From Octopus sinensis (lineage: Eukaryota): DNA of 64,000 nucleotides. Under the pieces are notes generated by a model that had not been told where the DNA came from, made no database searches, and worked only from the letters and a program-made list of their open reading frames with translations. Location of the stretch: positions 74,586,001 to 74,650,000 of the forward strand of contig NC_042997.1 of NCBI RefSeq assembly GCF_006345805.1, read 5' to 3'. The position numbers were made by a program, and so were the translations under genes. Shown here one piece after another: positions 54,276-64,000 of this stretch (positions within the stretch are counted from its first letter, which is position 1; every line of letters begins with the position of its first letter).

Positions 54276-57200
54276 TGACCAGCCCACCCACACTCTACAC
54301 ACATGCCGGAAGTTCCTATTCTTTTCATCCCTGGGTTGCTTCCCTTGAAGACTGCAAATGCTCTTTCACCATCCCTACCCCTAGTTTTGACCTAGGTAAG
54401 GTAATGATCATACAGTGCAAAATATGAATGGGTATGTTATGCAGGTTGAATTGAAGGCTAATGTATTACTTGCTCATGAATTCTGCCAAATGCGAGCTTT
54501 CTTTTCAGGTACATGAAGCTACTGTCCACCGATGCAGGGTCTCTAGGGCCCATACCTCCCACACCCTCAGGGTTGGCACCCTCAACGTTGGCACACTGAA
54601 AGGTAGGTCTGGCGAGATAGTTGAGATGCTTGAACGGAGACGTGTGGATATATGTTGCATGCAAGAAGTAAGGTGGAGAGGAGGTTCTGCTAGGTTCCTC
54701 ACAGGCAAGGAACACAGGTACAAGATTTTCTGGGCAGGGAACACTGACGGGGTTGGAGGCGTGGGTATACTTATCGCTGAGAAATGGGTAGATAAAGTAA
54801 TTGAGGTAATCAGAGTATGCGACAGAATACTTAAGATTAGATTAGCGCTTCATCATAGTTTAGCAACCATTATATCAGCCTATGCTCCTCAGTCGGGGCT
54901 ACCTGATGGACAGAAAGAACGATTCTATGACACTCTACTGTAGACTACCTCGTTGACGAACGACAGAGACCTTCTCTTTGTGGCTGGTGACTTCAATGGT
55001 CACGTTGGACGACATGCTGGGGGATGCTGGGGGCTTCCACGGCGTACATGGAGGCTATGGCTCTGGTTCCCGCAACGAGGAGGGAACCAGGCTGCTGGAG
55101 TTCTGCGATGCAAATAATCTTATGATTTGCAACACTAACTTCAGGAAACCTACCAGCCACCTAGTCACCTACCGATCGGGCCAACATACCAGCCAAATTG
55201 ACTACATCCTTGCCAGGCAAAGGGAGAGATGGCTACTTATAAATGCCAAAGCCTTCCCAGGCGAAGAATGCACCCCACAACATAGACTGGTAGTTAGTGA
55301 CTTTAGGATCAGGAGTAGGACAACCAGAAGACGACCAACATGGAGAAGAAGGATCTGGAAGCTTAAGGATCCTGTGAATGGACAGAGATTTAGAGACATG
55401 TTACTTGAAGCCTTTGACGAAGTAGAAGGGGATAGAGTATCACATGGGGTAGAGGACAACTGGACGTTTCTAAGGGACAACCTGCTGAGAGCCACTGACC
55501 AGATCTGTGGCTGGTGCAAAGTCCCCTCTCATCCCAAGGTAACGTGGTGGTGGAACAGTGTCGTAGACAGGGCTATTAGAGAAAAGAGACAGACTTGGAA
55601 GCACTGGAAGAATGGTGGTAGCAGGGAATTGTATCAGACTGCTAAAAAGGAAGCTAGGAGACAGGTCTATCTAGCCAGAGGGGAAGCAGATAAGAAAAAA
55701 TTTGCCAATGTTCTGCGCCGTGAGGACCAAAGACTGGAGGTGTTTCGCGTTGCAAGACAGTGTGTGAGAGAGAATTGTGATGTGGTGGGAGAGAAGTGTG
55801 TTCGCATGGAAGATGGTTCACTTGCGCTAAACGAGGATGCAAAGAGAGAGGGTTGGAGACGCCACTATGAAAGGTTGCTGAATAAAGAAAATAAATGGGA
55901 TAAAGAGAGTCTGCCGAACGTTGACCCAACAGAGGGACCAGCTATCAGGGTTGATAGTTCCTTAGTAGCTAAGGCAATTAGAAGCATGAAGACAGGGAAA
56001 GCCCCAGGCCCATCAGGTATCACTGCAGAGATGCTCAAAATATCTGGTAGTGTCGGCTATAGCCTAGTCACCTGTATAGTTAATCAGGTGATACATGAAG
56101 GAGTCATACCCAATGACTGGTGTAGCAGCATAATAGTCAACTGCTACAAAGGTAAAGGTGATGCCCTAGATACAAATAATTACAGAGGTATCAAGCTGTT
56201 GGATCAGATGATGAAGGTTACAGAGAGGGTCATAAGCCAACTAATTAGAGAGAGAGTTAGTTTAGATGAGATGCAGTTTGGTTTCGTGCCAGGGAAAAGT
56301 ACCACTGATGCTATATTCCTGGTAAGGCAGCTGCAGGAGAAATACCTAGCCAAAGATAAGCCCCTGTACCTGGCTTTTGTTGACATGGAGAAAGCCTTCG
56401 ACAGGGTCCCCCGATCCCTCATATGGTGGTCAATGAGGAAACTAGGAATAGATGAATGGTTAGTGAGAGCTGTGCAAGCCATGTACAGGGACGCTGCTAG
56501 TAAGGTGAGGATTGGCAATGAGTACAGTGAAGAATTCCGGGTAGAGGTAGGGGTCCACCAAGGCTCAGTCCTCAGCCCCCTCCTATTTATCATAGTCCTC
56601 CAGGCAATAACGGAGGAATTCAAGACAGGATGCCCCTGGGAGCTCCTCTATGCTGATGACCTTGCTCTAATTGCTGAGTCATTATCAGAACTGGAGAAGA
56701 AGTTTCAGGTGTGGAAGCATGGTTTAGAATCGAAGGGCCTTAGAGTCAACCTAACTAAAACCAAAGTCCTAATAAGTAGGAAGGTAGACAAATCACAAAC
56801 GCCTTCAGGTAGATGGCCCTGCTCGATCTGTAGAAAAGGTGTAGGTAGAAACTCTATAAGATGCACCAAGTGTAAGCTATGGACACATAAGAGGTGCAGC
56901 AATGTCATAGGAAGGCTAACTAGGAAGATGGTTTTTGTATGTGGCAGATGCTCGGGAGCATTAACCTCTGAAAATCTGCAGAAAACAACTTCCGTCACTT
57001 TCCAGGGGAAAAACTAGAAGTAGTTGATAGCTTCCGTTATCTTGGTGACCAAGTCAGTAGTGGGGGTGGGTGTGCTGAAAGTGTAACGGCTAGAGTAAGA
57101 ATAGCCTGGGCAAAGTTTAGGGAGCTCTTACCTCTGTTGGTGACTAAAGGCCTCTCGCTCAGAGTAAAAGGCAGACTGTATGATGCATGTGTACGAACAG

Positions 57201-58429
57201 CCATGCTACATGGCAGTGAAACATGGGCTGTGACTGCTGAGGACATGCGTAAGCTCGCGAGAAATGAAGCTAGTATGCTCCGTTGGATGTGTAATGTCAG
57301 TGTTCATAGTCGACAGAGTGTAAGTACCTTGAGAGAAAAGTTGAACCTAAGAGGCATCAGATGTTGTGTGCAAGAGAGACGTTTGTACTGGTATGGTCAT
57401 GTGGTGAGAATGGATGAAGATAGGTGTGTGAAAAAGTGCCACACCCTGGCAGTTGAGGGGGCCTGTGGAAGAGGTAGACCCAGGAAAACCTGGGTCGAGG
57501 TGGTGAAGCACGACCTTCGAACTCTAGGTCTCACCAAGGAAATGACCAGAGACCGAGACCTATGGAAGTATGGTGTGCGTGAGAAGACCCGGCAAAACCA
57601 GTGAGAACAATCAAAATCAAATCATATATCAGAAAGCAGCGGTTAAGTGACCCATCCGTTCGTGTCCGCTGTCAGCCTCGTCTGGCACCCGTGCCGGTGA
57701 TACGTAAAAGCACCATTCGCTCGTGGCCGTTTGCCAGCTCTGCCTGGCCCCGTGTTGGTGGCACGTAAAAGCACCATCCATTCGTGTTCGTTGCCAGCCT
57801 CGCCTGGCCCCATGCCCGTGACACGTAAAAGCACCATCTGTTCGTGGCCGTTTGCCAGCTCTGTCTGGCCCCGTGTCGGTGGCACGTAAAAGCACCATCA
57901 GTTCGTGTCCGTTGCCAGCCTTGGCTGGCCCCCGTGCCGGTGACACGTAAAAGCACCGTCCGCTCATGGCCGTTTGCCAGCTCTGTCTGGCAACCGTGTC
58001 GGTGGCACATAAAAGCACCATCCGTTCGCGTCTGTTGCCAGCCTCGGCTGGCCCCCGTGCCAGTGACACGTAAAAGCACCATCCGTTCGTGGCCGTTTGC
58101 CAGCTCCGTCTGGCCTCGTGTCGGTGGCACGTAAAAGCACCATCCGTTCGTGTCCGTTGCCAGCATCGCCTGGCCCCATGCTGGTGACACGTAAGAGCAC
58201 CATCCGTTCGTGGTCGTTCGCCAGCTCTGTCTGGCACCTGTGCAGGTGGCACGTAAAAAACACCCACTACACTCGCGGAGTGGTTGGCGTTAGGAAGGGC
58301 ATCCAGCCGTAGAAACACTGCCAGATCTGACTGGGCCTGACGAAGCCTTCCAGCTTCACAGACCCCAGTTGACCCGTCCAACCCATGCTAGCATGGAAAG
58401 CGGACGCTAAACGATGATGATGATGATTA

Positions 58430-58431
<2 letters not shown>
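54276..58431 (+). mobile_element. Near full-length, young RTE-clade LINE (APE-RT-PHD finger), disabled by three lesions
   Basis: APE: TLNVGTL..CMQEVRW. RT: YRGIKLL, QFGF, AFVDMEKAFDRV, GVHQGSVLSP, YADD. Lesions: TAG at 54941, 10-bp duplication at about 55014-55033, frameshift at about 57010. 3' UTR array and (GAT)n tail. Confidence 0.95.
57650..58265 (+). repeat. Minisatellite, 10 units of about 61 bp, in the RTE 3' UTR
   Basis: Unit caccatccgttcgtgtccgttgccagcctcgcctggcccccgtgccggtggcacgtaaaag, with two alternating variants. Confidence 0.95.
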
Positions 58432-58478
<47 letters not shown>

Positions 58479-59367
58479 TATATCCCACCCACCTCTCCTC
58501 TCTTGCTCCAACTCCTACTTCTCTTCACCCCAACCCTCTTTCGCTTCTCTACTCTCTTTCTCACCCCTATTCTCTTCACTCCTACTTCTCTTCACCCCCC
58601 ACTCTCTTCTCTCTTACTGTATTTCTCTCTTCTCTCATACCCACCTTCCTCTTCCTCCTTCATCATCACCCCTCCCCCATAAGCCCATCCCACCATACAC
58701 ATTCCTATCCCACCTTCCCTATCCTTTCCATCCCACCCCACCCATCACTTATACCCTCTCCCACATACTCCACATCTACCCCTACCCTCTGACTACGCAC
58801 ATACCCCACCTCTACCCTAACACTCAGCCTAACCCACACCACAGCCAGTGCTTTCCCCACTCTCACCTCCCCCACCTCCTTACACCATCACACCACACTA
58901 CACCATACCACACAACACATCACATCACAACACACCACCATGCACACACCAGCACTAACCAATTCCTATCCCCACATTTTCACACTTACACATACACACG
59001 CGCACACGTCAAGATCACCAGCCCTCTTTCACATGCACATACGTACTCTCTTACAAACATGCGCACCTTTGTTCTAGGATCACTACTACTTTGTTATCTC
59101 CCCTACTTCTTAGCTCTCCTGTGTGACCCTTCTGTCCGGCATTCGTCATGATAGATCACTAGCCACTACACACATTTTTTCCTTCTTGTTTCTTTCTGTG
59201 TTCCTTTCCGTGGAAGAGCATAGGTTCAAGACTTTTTCAATTACTGAGCGTTATACTAATACAGCTGTTTGTTTTCTACACCACCTGTCTTCATCTTTTA
59301 TTTTTTTGTGAATTCTCCCCATATATATATATATATATATATAGATATATATATATATATATATATA

Positions 59368-60503
59368 TTGGGTCATCTCATAAATAATGTAGATTTTTCA
59401 GTTGCATGAACTAAAAGTCGGAGGGGAATGGGATAAACAGCCTGCACTAACTTGCTATAAGAGAAGGTAGTGATTTTACCTTGACCTTATTCTTAGTGCA
59501 ACTTTTGAAGAATGCAGTTCGATTTTAACAGTTACATGTTTCAAAGCTATAATGGAAGTGACAAAGGAGAATATTTGGCATATTTTGCTTTATGAATTCA
59601 ATAAAGGCAACAACACAACGGAAAGTGCGAGAAATATTAATGCAGTATATAGGGATCAAACAATAAGTAGTGTAAGCTAGTGTCACTGGTGGTTCCAGAA
59701 ATTCTGACCTGGAAACTACAGCCTAGAAGACAAGCTTCATCCTGGAAGATCTGTAGAGCTCGACGAGGTCATCCTGCAAAGCTTGGTGGAACAAAATTCC
59801 ATCATAACTGTTGAGGAACTAGCAGAGAAGCTTGGATTTTGTCAGTCAACCATTCATCGACACCTGCATGCCATCAGAAAAGCCAGAAAATTGGATCAAT
59901 AGGTTCCTCACAAACTTTCTGAGTCTAATTGTGTGCAGAGAATTAATGTGTACTCTTCTTTGCTGTCATGTCTTTTTTTTTGCGCGTGTGTTTTGAACCG
60001 AATAGTGACTGGTCATGAGAAATGGGTTCTCTATAAAAATGTCAAGTGTCAAAGACAGTGGGTAGGGAAAGGAAAAACATTGGTGCCACAGATTAAAGAA
60101 GGTCTTCACTCACATAAGGTGTTGTTACATGTTTGGTAGGATATGAAAGGTTTAGTCTGCAGTGAACTCAAACCAAATGATAACAAAGGAGATCTACTGT
60201 GAGCAGCTTCACTAGGCTTAAGTCAGTGCTAGAAGAAAAACTACTGTATCTAGTTTCAACACAAAAGGTGTTCTTCCATCAGAATAATGCTTGGCTACAT
60301 GACATTCCAAAGGCTGGAGCAGTTTCAATGGGAGAAGATGCCCCATCCACCATATTGAATGAACATTTCCCCATCTGATTATCATTTATTCTGCAGTCTT
60401 CAAAATCATTTGGACAGGAAAAATATGAATTCTGTAGACGAGATCAGAACAATACTGGAGGAGTATTTTTCATCACAGACAAGTGAAATTTGGAAGAGGG
60501 GCA
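59368..60503 (+). mobile_element. Degenerate mariner transposon whose 3' end is cut by the hammerhead element
   Basis: TIR ttgggtcatctcataaataatg after (TA)n, IVTGHEKW, FHQNNA. Colinear with 30936-32037. Confidence 0.9.
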
Positions 60504-60504
60504 T

Positions 60505-61022
60505 TATACGCTAGAAGAAGCAGTCAAAACGACCAAAACCACATTTAATAGCAATTTTCAAAGGGAATGAAAAATAAAAACTTTTACCTTGTTATTTTTT
60601 GCGGTTATACCTAGGTTTCAAATTTCTTTAGCAAATAAAATAATCTACAAGGCGAATTCTCATCAGTAACTGGCCTTAACAACTAACTTATAATTCAGAG
60701 ACAAGTAACACGTGTCTCATCTTTATATGTTATAATTTTTCAAAATTCAGCATGCAAGTGCAGTTTCAGTCGGCAGTAGATGGATAATGCCGAGCTGATT
60801 CTTTGAAAACGCTAAAATCATATCCGTAAGCATTTTAGAAGAATCAGCTCAGCATTATCCATCTACTGCCAAATGAAACTGCACTTGCATGCTGAATTTT
60901 GAAAAATTATAACATATAAAGATGAGACACATGTTATTTGTCTCTGAATTATAAGTTAGTTGTTAAGGCATGGTTACTGATGAGAATTCGCCTTGCAGAT
61001 TATTTTATTTGCTAAAGAAATT
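60505..61022. mobile_element. Hammerhead-bearing element with an inverted partial duplicate (foldback)
   Basis: 60620-60802 is the reverse complement of 60839-61022. Same family as 18690-18990. Confidence 0.8.
60604..60670 (-). ncRNA. Minimal type I hammerhead ribozyme (predicted)
   Basis: gtta-CTGATGA-gaatt...aattt-GAAA-cctagg-TA-taac. Perfect palindromic stem III ACCTAGGT. Confidence 0.82.
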
Positions 61023-62693
61023 ACATAAAAATTACGTCACACTCCTATCCTCCCACTTCTTTAGACACTGCCAAACTCTCCAATCATCTACAAATTTGGC
61101 TCCAAAACAACAGACTTAAAATAGCTTCTACAAATAATGCCTCTTTTCTTACTGGCACTAACAGAGACCATCAAATACATACAGCCATCATATTTACCTT
61201 AAGTATATATCATACACACAGAAGACAAAGATGATGGGAATCACATTCAAAACCTCCACAACATTCATGACATGCATAAAAGACAATAAAGAAGGAAAAA
61301 CAATGAAACAAGTATACATAGAACAACCACAAGACCATATGAGGCTAACAAACAACAATGAGGTACAAACAACCCATTAGATCTATAATGGACTATAGTA
61401 TCCCTATTTGGCCCCCAATCTATACAACAAAACACTATAAATTGCAAAGAAAACAGAGCACTAGACTTCATTACAGGTTGTAATGAAGTGTAGTGCATAA
61501 TGAAACAAAGATACTAAAAATGAAAAGCCCCCTGGACAGATGAAATGCACAGTTAGTTACTGCAGCAAGCCCCAACTCTCTTATTCCTGCCCCTACATGA
61601 AAAGTTATCACAGACCCATATATAGCAACCCTGACCACTACTACAGCGTATCTTAAAAATAATATTTCCCTTATTTCAAACAAACACAGAAAACAAGTGC
61701 ACATAAAAATAGCTGCAACATCAATAGCCTCATTAATCCCAAACACTGCACTAGGGAATATCTGATCACCAGTAAGTACAGAGAAACAGCAACTGTTATG
61801 TTCTGAGTGAGTCTACATTGCTTGCCTTCATTGTAGACGTTACCAGAATGTGTAGGCATACATAATAAGCCTGACTGCGGAGAGAGTATGTGTCTAGACT
61901 CTTCAACTGAAATCTATAAGACTAATCACTGCATAGTCTTCAGTTAGGTTTAGATATAATATAACTGGAAAAATAACCTTGTTGGTTTTGTTAAGTCATT
62001 CAACCAATTATTTGTCCCAGCTCAGAAGTGAGCTGCAATATATGTTCCCATTATATTGTAGCAGATTTGAAATTGAATTGCTGAATAGCCAAGTAAGCAT
62101 CACAGCTTAGTCAGAGTCAAAGTTATTTCATGTGAGCAGCATCAAAACATCTTCTAATGAAGCTTCTAAAAAGGTGAATTTTTGGCACTAATTCTAGAAT
62201 GCTGAGACTGTTGTGGTGACAACTCCATTCTCATTTCCATTCTCCAGCCAAATAGACAAATTGCTATCATGAATTTAGTACAATACTTCTCCAGTTGTGA
62301 CAGCATAGTCATAGAGCCATACATACCAGCTGTTCTGTCATAGACTACAGAGTTTGTCTCTCCCAGGGTGTATAAACTGTTGTTTGTATTTTTCATTCAA
62401 AGACCAACATAGAAAATACTATGTGCAGTAAATAAAGTTGCTGTTAACTGTTGTTCATGAGTGTTGTTCATCATTTATATGCAGCCAACAAGCCAACAAT
62501 ATTAACTTGCAATTTTCCAAATTCAAAATTATTCACACTAATCTTTTTTCATATTTTTCCTCTCTGCCAAGAAAAGATCCCCATTAACAATAATTAGATA
62601 TAACAAAGAAAATACACATATAAATTAATAGTTGTTCAGATTGCTTTATAGGTAGATAGAAAGAAAATTGTGGAGTGTCCAAGTAACACTTAC

Positions 62694-62912
62694 TGCGAGT
62701 GGGTCATTTCCAGTAGATAAAATATCAAGAAGGTCACTGGATGAGACAAAATAAAATCGAGGGAAAGCTAAGCGTTTTGTCTCCAAATATTCTGCTAAAG
62801 CTTTTTCGCACTTCACCAGTTCTTTCTGTATTGATTCTAAGCGTTGATATAAATTTGGCTGATCTATTGCTTGGATTACATTTTTGGTAACCTCAACTTC
62901 AGAAACCATTTG
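62694..62912 (-). CDS. DNAH9/11/17: Axonemal dynein heavy chain (outer-arm beta type), first exon in window; linker region
   Basis: Encodes QMVSEVEV...[39 protein letters not shown]. Acceptor ctttatag, donor gtaagt, 219 nt, phase 0 on both sides. Confidence 0.95.
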
Positions 62913-63222
62913 CTATAAAGATTCAGACAGAAATGAACAAAAAATAGTTAATTATGTATCTCTCTATATATAAATGCAGAAACTCTAAGACAAACACTGA
63001 AAAAAACATGTATATTGCATAATATTTATTTTGTGAAATAAACAGCCAGATTTCCACCAAACCACACCCTGTCATTAAAAGAAGAAAGTGAACAAAGTGA
63101 AAATGGTAATCTTTCTCTCATCTCTCTTTCTCTCACCGAGTTTCTATCTTGAATAGTGGAAAAGAGGGGAATAGATAGTGAGAGACACAGAAGACACACA
63201 GACAGACATAGCTAGCTAGCTA

Positions 63223-64000
63223 TCTGGTCATCCCATAAGCTCTGCTTGATTTTACCTTTTTTAAAATTGAATGAAATTTAATAGTATTTTAGAATGTCTA
63301 ATGGAATTAAAAATTATTTTTATGCATTTGTGTACATTTAATGTAATTAAATATTATTTTACAGAATAATAGAATTAAAATTTCCTTGATTAAAACCCTT
63401 TCTAATATGGAAGTATCCAAAGAGCATTTAAGGCACATAATGCTTTATGAGTACAAAAAAGGAAACTCTGCAGCCGAAGTGACTCAAAACATACACTCTG
63501 TTTATGGGAAAGAATGCTTGAATGAAAGAACTTGCAGAAGATACTTTGCAAAATTCAGAAGTGGAGATTTCAGCCTTGAAGATGAAGAGTGAACAGGACG
63601 TCAAGTTGAGTTTGATGATAAGCTCCTTGAGGCATTACTTGAAGAAAATCCAGCATTATCAGTTGAAACATTGGCAATAAAGCTTAGTTCAAACCATACA
63701 ACTGTTCATCGTCATTTTCAACAATTTGGAAAGGTTCCTAAACTTGGAAAATGGGTATCTCATGAATTGTCTGAAAGCAACTGCAAACCACGAGTTGACA
63801 TCTGCTCTTCTCTCCATTCTTGCAAACTCATTTCACCCATTTTGGATAGACTTGTGACTGGTAACGAAAAATGGATCTTCTATCGAAATGTTAAATGTTG
63901 TAAACAGTGGCTTGGTAAAAGGAAAAACGCTCAACCATAACCAAGAAAGGAACTTCATGAGAAAAAGGTTCTTCTCTCTATCTGGTGGGATTGCAAAGGT
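63223..64000 (+). mobile_element. Mariner transposon 5' part, runs off the window
   Basis: TIR ggtcatcccataag, HLRHIMLYEYKKG..FAKFRSGDFSLED, WVSHEL, LVTGNEKWIFY. Confidence 0.9.

Noticed and set aside
58414-59151. 245-aa ORF
   Set aside because: Low-complexity C/T/A-rich and microsatellite sequence with no domain motifs.
59190-59320. Possible Penelope pLTR hammerhead (gtggaagagcataggttc)
   Set aside because: The core is mutated and the GAAA segment is absent, so it cannot be supported as a ribozyme.
61893-61954. Imperfect hairpin as a candidate pre-miRNA
   Set aside because: A large asymmetric bulge and no recognisable mature miRNA.

Overview
AT-rich animal genomic DNA. The repeat families suggest an octopus or other coleoid cephalopod (inference). 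The only host gene is an axonemal outer-arm beta-type dynein heavy chain (DNAH9/11/17 family) on the minus strand. Six exons lie in the window (62694-62912, 39737-39874, 37879-38112, 27110-27402, 18211-18367, 5622-5884). All have GT-AG boundaries with matching phases, and together they encode the end of the linker and AAA1 (Walker A GPAGTGKT, Walker B CFDE). The introns are filled with mostly decayed mobile DNA: RTE LINEs (one near full length), a Gypsy LTR element, Penelope-like elements, a HERO/R2-like element, piggyBac, mariner, a Chapaev3-like transposon, Helitrons, tRNA-derived SINEs, foldbacks and microsatellites. The most interesting hidden layer is RNA structure. Reading by eye found five complete minimal type I hammerhead ribozyme motifs from three unrelated Penelope-type families, plus one hammerhead with non-circularly permuted strand order at the junction of two tandem HERO units. 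Three of these six motifs are in the sense of the dynein pre-mRNA. Ribozyme activity is predicted from motif and pairing only. Repeat boundaries are approximate.
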